A program made the position numbers and the translations under genes. This document shows positions 20,017 to 30,010 of a stretch of 54,317 nucleotides of DNA, piece by piece. The notes under the pieces are model-generated. The model saw only the letters and a list, made by a program, of their open reading frames with translations, made no database searches and was not told where the DNA came from. Each line of letters opens with the position of its first letter. The first letter of the stretch is position 1. This stretch comes from Clostridia bacterium. Lineage in GTDB: Bacteria > Bacillota > Clostridia > HGM11514. The DNA lies in NCBI GenBank assembly GCA_045586685.1, contig JAZNAU010000027.1, positions 1 to 54,317 of the forward strand, read 5' to 3'.

Positions 20017-20855
20017 TCAAAGAAGTTCGTTTTCAGGCAATTCAAAAGTTAAAAGAAGCGGATGTCAGTGATACGCCCGCTTTGGATGTGGCGGTTTTAA
20101 TGAAACATCTGTGGAACACTGATGAAATCGGTTTGGTTCTGATGAACGATCAGCCGGCGGAAGAAACCTTGGTAAATCAATTATATTCTTTTCTTGACAG
20201 AAGAATAAAAGGGGAGCCGATAGCCTATTTATGCGGCGAAAAAGAATTTATGTCTTGTCGCTTTTTTGTAAAATCCGGAGTGTTAATTCCCAGAGGGGAT
20301 ACAGAGTGTGTTGTGGAAATGGCTGCATCCTTATTAACAACAAAGGAACCCGCCATTTTGGATATAGGAACAGGAAGCGGATGCATTGCAATCAGTCTTG
20401 CTAAAATGTTTCCACGTGGAAAGGTTTATGCTGTAGACATATCGGAACAGGCTTTGGAATGTGCGAGAAAAAATGCGGACGAAAATAAGGTTAGTATTTC
20501 TTTTCAGAAAATGGATATTTTAACTGAAGAACCGGAAGGACTGTTTGATTTGATCATTTCCAATCCGCCGTATATTTGTACGGATGTGATTGCAGGGTTA
20601 GAGACAGATGTAAAAGACTATGAACCCATTTCTGCTCTTGACGGCGGGGAAGACGGTTTATATTTTTACAAACGAATCATTCCTTTGGCATCAAAGCATT
20701 TAAAAATAGGCGGAAAACTTGTTTTTGAAATTGGTTTTGATCAGGGAAATGAGGTTTGTGCTTTCATAAAACAGGATAAATCCTTTGCTACCCCTCAACT
20801 TATTCATGATTTGGCAGGGCGGGACAGAGGTGTTTATACAACAAAAGAAAAATAA
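20010..20855 (+). CDS. prmC: release factor glutamine methyltransferase
   Basis: RR..GEP.AY, VLIPR..TE, LDIGTGSG, SNPPYI, ALDGGEDGL. Confidence 0.95.
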   Translation: MVIKEVRFQAIQKLKEADVSDTPALDVAVLMKHLWNTDEIGLVLMNDQPAEETLVNQLYSFLDRRIKGEPIAYLCGEKEFMSCRFFVKSGVLIPRGDTECVVEMAASLLTTKEPAILDIGTGSGCIAISLAKMFPRGKVYAVDISEQALECARKNADENKVSISFQKMDILTEEPEGLFDLIISNPPYICTDVIAGLETDVKDYEPISALDGGEDGLYFYKRIIPLASKHLKIGGKLVFEIGFDQGNEVCAFIKQDKSFATPQLIHDLAGRDRGVYTTKEK

Positions 20856-20870
20856 AGGACGTGAAACAAA

Positions 20871-21311
20871 ATGAAAAATTTTTTGCAAAAATTCAAGGAG
20901 TTTGCATTTCGCGGAAATGTGATCGACTTGGCTGTAGGTATGATGATTGGGTCAGCTTTTACAAAAATTGTTACCTCTGTGGTGAATGATTTATTTACTC
21001 CCATCATTAGTATTTTTACCGGTCGAATGGATTTTACCCAGATGTTTATTTCGTTAGACGGAAATTCCTATGCAACACTGGAAGATGCACAAAAGGCAGG
21101 CGCTTCTTGTTTAACATATGGGAATTTTCTCTCCTCATTGCTCGACTTTCTGTTGGTGGCATTTATTATTTTCTTGTTTGTTAACTTCATGAGCAAGTTT
21201 AAAAAACCTGAAGCGCCGGCGGAAGAACCAAGATTGTGCCCCTATTGTAAGTCGGAAGTGGTAAAAGATGCAACAAGATGTCCACACTGTACATCAGAAT
21301 TAGAACTGTAA
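20871..21311 (+). CDS. mscL: large-conductance mechanosensitive channel with C-terminal Zn ribbon
   Basis: FKEFAFRGNVIDLAVG, YG.FL...DF; tail CPYC...CPHC. Confidence 0.92.
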   Translation: MKNFLQKFKEFAFRGNVIDLAVGMMIGSAFTKIVTSVVNDLFTPIISIFTGRMDFTQMFISLDGNSYATLEDAQKAGASCLTYGNFLSSLLDFLLVAFIIFLFVNFMSKFKKPEAPAEEPRLCPYCKSEVVKDATRCPHCTSELEL

Positions 21312-21316
21312 TTATT

Positions 21317-21346
21317 ATGCCCTCGTATACGGGGGCATTCATTTTT
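21317..21346 (+). terminator. probable intrinsic terminator after mscL
   Basis: ATGCCCTCGTA/TACGGGGGCAT hairpin (one G-U pair) followed by TCATTTTT. Confidence 0.6.
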
Positions 21347-21366
21347 ATGAAAGGCAGGGATTTACA

Positions 21367-22185
21367 TTGATTCGTTTTTTACATCAAATTCAGCATAAAT
21401 ATAAAGGAATTCCTGATTTGATGCGGTATGTGGTAATGGGTAGCGTAATCGTCTATTTGCTTGGATATTTAGGGATTCGTACGATTGATTTGCTGTGTCT
21501 GCTTCCGTCACAAGTGTTGAACGGTCAGGTGTGGAGATTGCTCAGTTTTATTTTTTTAATGCCTGTAGGGAATCTTTTGTTTGCTGCATTTGCCTTTTAT
21601 TTTTATTACGTGGTGGGGCAAGCGTTAGAAAATGAATTGGGGAGTTTTGTTTTTACGTTATATTATGGATGTAATGTCTTTTTAACGATTGTAATTTCCC
21701 TTGTTAGCGGTGTTCCGGTCGTTACGGCAGCACCTATTCATTTGTCCTTATTTTTAGCCTTTGGATATTTGTTTCCCGATTATACCATTTTGTTGTTTAT
21801 GTTTATTCCCGTAAAGATGAAACATCTTGCGATTTTTTACGGAATTTATACAGCATACGAAGCAATCACGCTACCTGGTTGGGGAGCAAAAATGCTCTCC
21901 CTTGTTGGCTTGATTACGTTTCTTTTATTCTTTTACGAAGAATTATTGCAATGGGCAAAAAACCGTTCTGCAGTTCAGAAAAACAGACAGAATTTTCGCC
22001 AAAAAAGAAATGTTTCCCGTGACCATTTGCAGGTGATTCGACATCAATGTGAAGTTTGTAAAAGAACAGAATTAGATGACCCGAATCTGGAATTTCGTTA
22101 TTGCTCGGGATGTGACGGATACCATGAATATTGTATCGAACACCTTGGAAATCATATTCATGTAAAAGATTCGGATAAATATTAA
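21367..22185 (+). CDS. rhomboid-superfamily (Derlin-like) membrane protein with C-terminal Cys/His finger
   Basis: GQVWRLLSFIF (WR motif), G..LE, FP..ILLF.FIPVK; no GxSG; tail CEVC...YCSGC....YC..H...H.H. Confidence 0.7.
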   Translation: MIRFLHQIQHKYKGIPDLMRYVVMGSVIVYLLGYLGIRTIDLLCLLPSQVLNGQVWRLLSFIFLMPVGNLLFAAFAFYFYYVVGQALENELGSFVFTLYYGCNVFLTIVISLVSGVPVVTAAPIHLSLFLAFGYLFPDYTILLFMFIPVKMKHLAIFYGIYTAYEAITLPGWGAKMLSLVGLITFLLFFYEELLQWAKNRSAVQKNRQNFRQKRNVSRDHLQVIRHQCEVCKRTELDDPNLEFRYCSGCDGYHEYCIEHLGNHIHVKDSDKY

Positions 22186-22193
22186 AAAAGTTA

Positions 22194-22222
22194 TTGTATC
22201 TAAGTCGATTTTGTGGTATAAT
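22194..22222 (+). promoter_or_regulatory. sigA promoter of lon operon
   Basis: TTGTAT-N17-TATAAT with extended TG. Confidence 0.7.
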
Positions 22223-22262
22223 ATATAAGTTGAAATAGATAAAAAATCAAGGATGTGAGTCT

Positions 22263-24656
22263 TTGGAAGAAAATAAAGTGATTATTCAAAAACAAATTTT
22301 ACCTGTGATTCCTTTACGGGGTGTCGTGATTTTTCCTTATATGCTGATGCATTTTGATATTGCAAGGAAAAAATCTATTGCCGCATTGGAAGAGGCAATG
22401 GCACATAATCAGCTTGTCTTTTTTGTGACACAAAAATCGGCTGACGTCGAGGAACCCAATCGACAGGATTTATATTCAACAGGAACCATCGCCAGAGTGA
22501 AGCAAATGTTAAAGCTTCCTGGGGATGGTATTCGTGTTTTGGTAGAAGGGAACAGCCGAGCAAAGCTTTCCCGTTTGTTTGAAGGGGAAAAATTTCTTGC
22601 ATGCGAAGTAACTCAAAGAGAAGAAACATTTCCACGGCTTGAACCGGAGGAAGAAGAAGCAATGAAACGCAAGCTGGTGGAAGTTTTCGACGAATACCGC
22701 CATGCTACAGGAAAAACACAGGATGATGCTTTGCGTACCGTCAAGCATATGGACGATGCCGATCGAATGACCGATGTGGTTGCATCAGGGGTTTCCTTGA
22801 AAGTAGAAGAAAAACAAAAATTGCTTCAGGAGTTTGATCCATACCGTCGTATTATGCTGTTGATTTCCATGTTGCTTCGGGAACTTACCATATTGCAGGC
22901 AGAGCAAAAAATCAATCACATGGTTAAAAGTCAGATGGATCAAAATCAACGTGAATATTTTTTGCGTGAACAGATGAAAGCGATTCAAACGGAGTTGGGA
23001 GATTCCGGTGAAGAAGAAATCGAGCAATATCGAGCTAAATTCGATCAGTTTGGGCTGACGGGGGAAACCCGTGAAAAACTGGATAAAGAATTGGAACGGC
23101 TGGAGAAATTACCTTCCTCTTCCCAAGAGGCATCTGTGTTACGTTCCTATCTGGATATTGTTTGTGAATTGCCCTGGAACAGTTCCACAAAAGAAACCGT
23201 GGATTTAAGCCGTGCTCAAAAAATACTGGATCATGATCATTATGGATTAAAAGATGTAAAAGAGCGTGTTTTGGAATTTTTGGCTGTCAAGCAACTGACA
23301 GGAACCTTGCAAGGTCCCATTCTTTGTTTGGCAGGGCCTCCGGGAGTCGGAAAAACTTCTATTGCAAAATCAGTTGCGAAGGCACTGGGAAGAAATTATG
23401 TCCGATTGTCTTTAGGCGGTGTACGGGACGAGGCGGATATCAGAGGTCACAGAAAAACCTATATCGGTGCAATGCCTGGGAGACTTATTAACGCCCTTCG
23501 GCAGGCGAAATCAAACAATCCTTTGATTTTGCTGGATGAAATTGATAAAATGAGTCATGATTTTCGGGGTGACCCTGCGTCAGCCATGCTTGAAGTTTTG
23601 GACAGTGAACAAAATCATGCGTTTCGTGATCATTATCTGGAGGTTCCTTTTGATTTATCACAGGTAATGTTTATTACAACCGCAAATCAGCTTGATACGG
23701 TTCCGTCTCCCTTGCTTGACCGTATGGAGGTTATTGATATTGCCGGTTATACCAATTATGAAAAGGGGAAAATTGCGGAACAATATTTGATTCCCAAAAA
23801 ACGAAAAGAAAATGGATTAACCGGAAGACAAATTCATTTTGATAAAAAATCCGTTACGGATATTTTAGATTTTTACACTCGCGAAGCGGGAGTTCGTCAA
23901 TTAGAACGGGAAATCGGCACGGTGTGTCGAAGAGTTGCCCGTCAGATTGCAGACGGAAAAACAAAATCTGTTAAAATAACGTCTGATAATCTGGAACAAT
24001 ATTTAGGAAAACGAAAATATCATGTGGATGTATTGAAAGAACAAGACGAAATCGGTGTTGCAAATGGTTTGGCTTGGACAGCTGTGGGCGGGGTAACACT
24101 ATCGGTTGAAGTGAACGTAATGGAAGGGAACGGCAAGGTTGAATTAACCGGTCAGCTTGGTGATGTGATGCAGGAATCTGCGAAAGCTGCCATCAGCTAT
24201 CTTCGTTCTCAAGCGGAAAAATTTGGAATTGACGCAGATTTTTATAAAAATAAAGATTTGCATATTCATGTGCCGGAAGGGGCAACACCCAAGGATGGTC
24301 CGTCAGCCGGAATTACGATGGCAACCGCAATTCTTTCTGCTTTAACAGGAATTCCGGTTAGGCATGACGTTGCAATGACAGGTGAAATTACTCTTCGCGG
24401 AAGAGTCCTTCCGATAGGCGGTTTGAAAGAGAAGTCAATGGCTGCCTATCGTGCAGGAATGAAAACAGTGTTAATGCCCGAAGACAACCGCAAGGATTTA
24501 GAGGATATTCCTGAGGAAATTTGCGATGCAATGCAGTTTATTGCGGTCAGCCGAATGGAAGAGGTCATTGAATTTTCTTTGACGAAAAAGCCTGAACCAA
24601 AGGAAACAGCATTTCTTCCTCCACAGGTAGAAAAAAAGATAGAAATTCGGCAATAG
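22263..24656 (+). CDS. lon: ATP-dependent protease La
   Basis: [33 protein letters not shown] (catalytic Ser), GGLKEK. TTG start. Confidence 0.97.
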   Translation: MEENKVIIQKQILPVIPLRGVVIFPYMLMHFDIARKKSIAALEEAMAHNQLVFFVTQKSADVEEPNRQDLYSTGTIARVKQMLKLPGDGIRVLVEGNSRAKLSRLFEGEKFLACEVTQREETFPRLEPEEEEAMKRKLVEVFDEYRHATGKTQDDALRTVKHMDDADRMTDVVASGVSLKVEEKQKLLQEFDPYRRIMLLISMLLRELTILQAEQKINHMVKSQMDQNQREYFLREQMKAIQTELGDSGEEEIEQYRAKFDQFGLTGETREKLDKELERLEKLPSSSQEASVLRSYLDIVCELPWNSSTKETVDLSRAQKILDHDHYGLKDVKERVLEFLAVKQLTGTLQGPILCLAGPPGVGKTSIAKSVAKALGRNYVRLSLGGVRDEADIRGHRKTYIGAMPGRLINALRQAKSNNPLILLDEIDKMSHDFRGDPASAMLEVLDSEQNHAFRDHYLEVPFDLSQVMFITTANQLDTVPSPLLDRMEVIDIAGYTNYEKGKIAEQYLIPKKRKENGLTGRQIHFDKKSVTDILDFYTREAGVRQLEREIGTVCRRVARQIADGKTKSVKITSDNLEQYLGKRKYHVDVLKEQDEIGVANGLAWTAVGGVTLSVEVNVMEGNGKVELTGQLGDVMQESAKAAISYLRSQAEKFGIDADFYKNKDLHIHVPEGATPKDGPSAGITMATAILSALTGIPVRHDVAMTGEITLRGRVLPIGGLKEKSMAAYRAGMKTVLMPEDNRKDLEDIPEEICDAMQFIAVSRMEEVIEFSLTKKPEPKETAFLPPQVEKKIEIRQ

Positions 24657-24665
24657 GAGACTAGT

Positions 24666-25274
24666 ATGAATGTAAATCAAGCTGAACTGTCTATTTCGGC
24701 AGTTTCAAAAAAACAATATCCTAAAGGCGATTATCCTGAAATTGTGTTTGCAGGCAGGTCAAACGTAGGAAAATCATCTCTCATTAACAAGCTTTGTAAC
24801 CGAAATAAACTGGCACGAATCAGTGCCAGTCCGGGAAAAACTGCAACCATCAATTTTTATAACATCGAAAACAAGCTTTATTTTGTTGATTTACCGGGAT
24901 ATGGTTATGCCAAAGTTTCTTGGTCAGAACGACAGAAATGGGCAGATATGATCAATGAATATCTGGAAGAAAGTCCGAATCTGGCAACCATTTTTTTATT
25001 GGTGGACAGCAGACACAAGCCTACCAAGGATGATTGTATGATGATGGATTGGATTAAAAGTACAGGGCTTGAATTCAGAGTTATTGCAACCAAGTCGGAC
25101 AAGCTTTCTAAAAAAGCTGCTAAAGAAAATCGACAGGTTATTGTAAATACACTTGAACTATCCAACGAAGAACTAGTGATGTTGTTCTCCTCCAAAACAG
25201 GAGACGGTAAAGAGGCAGTTTGGAGCTATATTGATTCAATTTACGAAAGGAGCATGGAACATGATTGCACCTAA
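24666..25274 (+). CDS. engB: ribosome biogenesis GTPase YihA/YsxC
   Basis: GRSNVGKSS, PGKT, DLPGYG, TKSDK; canonical position after lon. Confidence 0.95.
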   Translation: MNVNQAELSISAVSKKQYPKGDYPEIVFAGRSNVGKSSLINKLCNRNKLARISASPGKTATINFYNIENKLYFVDLPGYGYAKVSWSERQKWADMINEYLEESPNLATIFLLVDSRHKPTKDDCMMMDWIKSTGLEFRVIATKSDKLSKKAAKENRQVIVNTLELSNEELVMLFSSKTGDGKEAVWSYIDSIYERSMEHDCT

Positions 25275-26532
25275 AGGGACAAAAGACATTTTGCCCAGTG
25301 AGGTACATAAGTGGCATTATGTAGAAGATAAAATTAAGGATATTTGTAACCGATTCGGTTACCGTGAGATAAGAACACCCGTATTTGAATATACAGAACT
25401 ATTTGACCGCGGAATTGGTGAAACTACAGATGTGGTTCAAAAAGAGATGTACACCTTTACAGATAAAGGAGACAGAAGCATTACCCTTCGTCCAGAAGGA
25501 ACTGCATCGGCAGTACGGGCATATCTTGAGCATCATTTATATGCCGACCCTCAACCCACAAAACTTTATTACGAACAATCCTGTTACCGTTATGAAAAAC
25601 CACAGGCAGGAAGACTTCGTGAATTTCATCAGTTTGGTGTGGAGGTATTCGGTTCGGAACAACCCTGTATTGACGCAGAAGTCATTTCTTTAGTTTCTGT
25701 TTTGCTGGAAGAATTGCAGATTTCTGATATTGAATTAAATATCAATTCCATCGGATGTCCTGATTGCAGAAAGGTGTATAATCAAGCGTTAAAAGACTAT
25801 TTCAACGCAAGAAAAGAAGATTTATGCGGTACATGTCTTGAACGTTTAGAAAAAAATCCGTTGAGAATATTAGATTGTAAATCTCCTATTTGTCATGAAA
25901 TTGCAAAGGATGCACCTGTTATTCTCGACTATATTTGTGATGATTGCAGGAATCATTTTCAAGCATTACAAGAATACCTGAAAGCAATGGGGATTTCCTT
26001 TACAATAAATCCATACATTGTTCGCGGATTAGACTATTATACCAAAACTGTTTTTGAATTTGTTTCTACTGCAATCGGTTCTCAGGGAACCGTTTGCGGA
26101 GGCGGAAGATATGACGGTTTGGTTGAAGAATTGGGTGGTTCTCCCACACCTGGAGTTGGTTTTGGATTGGGGTTGGAACGTCTTTTAATGGTTTTAGAAA
26201 ATCAAGAAAAGAATGCATTGCCCGACGAAACTGTTCCAATGCTTTTCGTTGCCGGTATTGGCAAAGAGGCGGAACAAGTTGCCCAAACTCTTGTTTATCA
26301 GCTCCGAAAAGCAGGGATTTATTGCGAAAAGGATGCGTTGTCCAGAAGCGTAAAAGCACAAATGAAATATGCCAATAAAATCGGTGCAAGGTTTGCTGTC
26401 GTATTGGGTGATGAAGAAATTGCCAAACAGTGTGTTACAATAAAAGAAATGGAAACAGGAGAACAAACGGCAATATCTTTGCAAGAATTACAGGAATTTT
26501 TAGAACAACGAAAAGAGGGAAAATCATGTTAG
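25261..26532 (+). CDS. hisS: histidine--tRNA ligase
   Basis: PKGT.D, LRPEGTA, RYEKPQAGRLREF, VRGLDYY, GGGRYD. Start ATG 25261. Confidence 0.97.
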   Translation: MIAPKGTKDILPSEVHKWHYVEDKIKDICNRFGYREIRTPVFEYTELFDRGIGETTDVVQKEMYTFTDKGDRSITLRPEGTASAVRAYLEHHLYADPQPTKLYYEQSCYRYEKPQAGRLREFHQFGVEVFGSEQPCIDAEVISLVSVLLEELQISDIELNINSIGCPDCRKVYNQALKDYFNARKEDLCGTCLERLEKNPLRILDCKSPICHEIAKDAPVILDYICDDCRNHFQALQEYLKAMGISFTINPYIVRGLDYYTKTVFEFVSTAIGSQGTVCGGGRYDGLVEELGGSPTPGVGFGLGLERLLMVLENQEKNALPDETVPMLFVAGIGKEAEQVAQTLVYQLRKAGIYCEKDALSRSVKAQMKYANKIGARFAVVLGDEEIAKQCVTIKEMETGEQTAISLQELQEFLEQRKEGKSC

Positions 26533-28328
26533 AATCAATGCAAGGTTTGAAACGTACAAATATGTGTGCGGAATTGTCTGCCTCTGATGCCGGAAAGAAA
26601 GTCACACTTGCCGGTTGGGTACAGCGCAGACGTGATTTAGGAAATTTGATTTTTATTTGGTTAAGAGACCGTTCCGGTCTGGTTCAGCTTACTTTTTTAA
26701 GCGATGCCGATAAAGAATTATTAGAAAAGGCAGAAACCCTCCGTGCAGAATTTGTGATTGCGGTACAAGGGACCGTATGTCTTCGGGATGAACAAAATAT
26801 TAACCCTGATTTGAAGACGGGTGAGATTGAAATTGCAGTGGAAGAACTTCGGATTCTGAACACCTCGTTGACACCGCCCTTCGCCATTGAAGAAAATTCA
26901 GATGTAAAGGACGAAATCCGCATGACATATCGTTATCTGGATTTAAGACGGCCTGACATTCAAAGAAATCTGATTCTGCGCCACAAAGCGGCAAGAATTA
27001 TTCGCAATTATTATGATGAACAGGGATTTTTAGAAATTGAAACTCCTATGCTTATTAAGAGTACTCCGGAAGGAGCAAGAGATTTTCTGGTTCCCAGCCG
27101 TGTTCATCCCGGAAAATTTTATGCATTGCCCCAATCTCCTCAGCAGTACAAACAGTTGTTGATGCTCTCAGGAATGGATCGGTACTTCCAGATTGTTAAA
27201 TGCTTCCGTGATGAGGATTTACGTGCTGACCGTCAACCGGAATTTACACAGATTGACCTTGAAATGTCTTTTGTGGACATTGATGATGTCATCAGGGTAA
27301 ACGAAGGATTGTTAAAGCGGGTTTTCAAGGAATTGCTGGACGTGGATGTACAGCTTCCCATGCAAAGAATGACTTATACAGAAGCCATGAGCAGATTTGG
27401 CTCAGATAAACCTGATACCCGGTTTGGCTTTGAGCTTCGGGATTTATCTGATATCGTTAAAAATTGCGGTTTTCAGGTATTTACCGGTGCAGTGGCACAG
27501 GGAGGAAGTGTCCGTGCTATCAATGTAAATGGTCATGCCAAGGATTTTTCCAGAAAAGAAATTGATGCTTTGGGCGAATTCGCAAAGACATACCGCGCAA
27601 AAGGGTTGGCATGGATTGTGGTGAATGAAGACGGTTCCTTAAAGAGTCCCATTGCCAAGTTTTTAACAGACGAAGAAATTCAAGGAATCCTGGAACGAAT
27701 GAACGCAAGGGAAGGCGACTTATTGCTGATTGTTGCGGATAAAGATAAGGTTGTGTTTGATTCATTGGGCAATCTTCGTTTGGAGGTTGCCAGACGGTTG
27801 AATCTGTTAGATCCCAAGCAATATAATTTCTTGTGGGTCACAGAATTTCCTCTCCTTGAATACGACGAAGAGGAAGGTCGGTATACCGCCATGCATCATC
27901 CTTTTACTGCTCCTATGGAGGAGGATGTAAAATACATGGATACCGATCCGGGTAAAATCCGGGCAAAGGCTTATGATATTATTTTAAACGGTAATGAGCT
28001 GGGCGGGGGAAGCTTGCGAATTTATCAAAAAGATATGCAGGAGAAGATGTTCCGGTTGCTTAACATTTCACCGGAGGAAATTCAGACCAGATTTGGATTC
28101 CTGTTAGATGCATTTAAATACGGAGCACCTCCTCACGGCGGACTTGCATTCGGATTTGACCGACTTGTTATGCTGATGGCGGGGGCTGACAGTATTCGCG
28201 AAGTCATGGCATTCCCGAAACAGCAAAATGCGTCAGAGTTGATGACAAATGCACCGGAAACTGTGGATACGAAACAATTAGATGAGCTTTATATCAGCAC
28301 TCATCCTCCGAAAAAAGAAAACGAATAA
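26526..28328 (+). CDS. aspS: aspartate--tRNA ligase
   Basis: GWV..RRD.G, TPEGARD, LPQSPQ, FRDEDLRADRQPEFTQ, HHPFT, PPHGG.A.G.DR. Start ATG 26526. Confidence 0.97.
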   Translation: MLESMQGLKRTNMCAELSASDAGKKVTLAGWVQRRRDLGNLIFIWLRDRSGLVQLTFLSDADKELLEKAETLRAEFVIAVQGTVCLRDEQNINPDLKTGEIEIAVEELRILNTSLTPPFAIEENSDVKDEIRMTYRYLDLRRPDIQRNLILRHKAARIIRNYYDEQGFLEIETPMLIKSTPEGARDFLVPSRVHPGKFYALPQSPQQYKQLLMLSGMDRYFQIVKCFRDEDLRADRQPEFTQIDLEMSFVDIDDVIRVNEGLLKRVFKELLDVDVQLPMQRMTYTEAMSRFGSDKPDTRFGFELRDLSDIVKNCGFQVFTGAVAQGGSVRAINVNGHAKDFSRKEIDALGEFAKTYRAKGLAWIVVNEDGSLKSPIAKFLTDEEIQGILERMNAREGDLLLIVADKDKVVFDSLGNLRLEVARRLNLLDPKQYNFLWVTEFPLLEYDEEEGRYTAMHHPFTAPMEEDVKYMDTDPGKIRAKAYDIILNGNELGGGSLRIYQKDMQEKMFRLLNISPEEIQTRFGFLLDAFKYGAPPHGGLAFGFDRLVMLMAGADSIREVMAFPKQQNASELMTNAPETVDTKQLDELYISTHPPKKENE

Positions 28329-28344
28329 AAGGTAGGAAACAAAT

Positions 28345-29295
28345 ATGATTAAAATTCAGAATTTGACCAAGCGTTATGGGGAGAAAACGGTTTTAAATAA
28401 TGTTAGTTTTTCGGTAAAAAAAGGGGAAATTGTTGGATTTTTGGGACCCAATGGGGCGGGAAAAACAACTACAATGAATATTCTTACCGGATATATTTCC
28501 AGTAACGAGGGTGTGGTTACGGTAGATGGGTTTGATGTTTTACAATCGCCTTTTGAAGTGAAAAAGAGAATCGGTTATCTTCCGGAACAACCGCCGTTGT
28601 ATTTTGACATGACGGTAATGGAATATCTGAATTTTGTCTATGACTTAAAGCGTATTTCAGGAAATCGGGAGGCACATATTCGTGAAATTCTGGAAAAAAT
28701 TCATATTCAGGATGTTTCGGGACGATTGATTAAAAATTTATCCAAAGGATATCGCCAAAGAGTAGGGTTAGCCCAAGCTTTAATCGGGAATCCGGAGGTT
28801 TTGATTTTAGACGAACCCACGGTAGGACTTGACCCAAAACAAATGATTGAAATCAGAAATCTGATTCATGAGTTAGGGAAGGAGCATACTGTTATTTTAA
28901 GCTCTCATATCCTTTCTGAAATCAGTGCAATTTGCGAACGGGTAATTATTATCAACCGCGGTAATATCGTTGCGGTTGATACCCCTCAGAATTTATCGGA
29001 ACGGATGATTGGTTCTTGCTATCGTTTGACCGTGAAAGGGGAACAGGATGGGGTATTATCAGTTTTGAAAAATACCGATGGTGTTTTAAATGCTGAAGCA
29101 ACCGATACGGGCGAATTTCTTATTGAATTATCTTCCGGAACGGATGACAATCAAATTTTAGAGCAACTGTTTTATCGTTTGGCTGAAAATAAAATGCCGA
29201 TTTTACAAGAAAAACCTGAAGAAATTTCTTTGGAAGATATTTTCTTGCATCTTACATCCGAAGAAACAAGTACGAAAGAGGAGGAACAGGTATGA
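28345..29295 (+). CDS. ABC transporter ATPase (GldA-like)
   Basis: GPNGAGKTT, LSKGYRQR, LDEPTVGLDP, SSHIL. Confidence 0.9.
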   Translation: MIKIQNLTKRYGEKTVLNNVSFSVKKGEIVGFLGPNGAGKTTTMNILTGYISSNEGVVTVDGFDVLQSPFEVKKRIGYLPEQPPLYFDMTVMEYLNFVYDLKRISGNREAHIREILEKIHIQDVSGRLIKNLSKGYRQRVGLAQALIGNPEVLILDEPTVGLDPKQMIEIRNLIHELGKEHTVILSSHILSEISAICERVIIINRGNIVAVDTPQNLSERMIGSCYRLTVKGEQDGVLSVLKNTDGVLNAEATDTGEFLIELSSGTDDNQILEQLFYRLAENKMPILQEKPEEISLEDIFLHLTSEETSTKEEEQV

Positions 29296-29996
29296 AGGCG
29301 ATTTTAAAAAGAGAATTTCAGTCTTATTTCAAGTCAGTAAGCGGATATATTTTTGTCAGCGTTTTTATGGTGTTTGCTTCGTATTATTTTTTGTTTAACA
29401 ACATTGCCGGACTTACCTCTGATTTAAGAGCAGTTTTCTATAATATGCTGACCATTTTGACCTTTCTGGTTCCTATTTTAACCATGAGATGCTTGTCGGA
29501 AGAAAGAAAAACCAAAAGTGACCAGATTTTGCTTACCTCTCCAGTCAGTGTATGGGAAATTGTTTTAGGAAAGTATTTGGCAGCTGTTGGTGTGTTTTTT
29601 ATTGCGATTGCATGCACCTTGGTATTTCCTTTTATCTTATCCAAGTATGGAAATCCTGAAATGGGAGTGCTAATCACTTCTTATGTGGGATTCACGTTGG
29701 TAGGATCTGTATTTATTGCAATCGGTGTTCTTCTTTCTTCGTTAACGGAAAATATTGTGATTGCAGCACTTTCTACTTTTGGTGTCTTGCTGTTTGTCCA
29801 GGTGTTTGATGCGATTAAAACAGCGGTAAACAGTGAGTTTTGGGTATCTGTGATTGAATGGCTGTCCTTAAAGTTCAGATATGAGGAATTTTATCTTGGT
29901 GTATTCAATTTTGAACACGTATTTTTTTACATGACTGTAGCCGCCGGCGCTCTTTTTCTGACAAAACAGATTATAGAAAAGCGCCGTTGGAGTTAA
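29292..29996 (+). CDS. ABC-2 permease (GldF-like)
   Basis: KREF.SYF.S, P.LTM...SEE.K.K.D..L.T.P, KY.A, S.LTEN...A. Confidence 0.88.
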   Translation: MKAILKREFQSYFKSVSGYIFVSVFMVFASYYFLFNNIAGLTSDLRAVFYNMLTILTFLVPILTMRCLSEERKTKSDQILLTSPVSVWEIVLGKYLAAVGVFFIAIACTLVFPFILSKYGNPEMGVLITSYVGFTLVGSVFIAIGVLLSSLTENIVIAALSTFGVLLFVQVFDAIKTAVNSEFWVSVIEWLSLKFRYEEFYLGVFNFEHVFFYMTVAAGALFLTKQIIEKRRWS

Positions 29997-30010
29997 GGAG
30001 GGCGGGGAAC

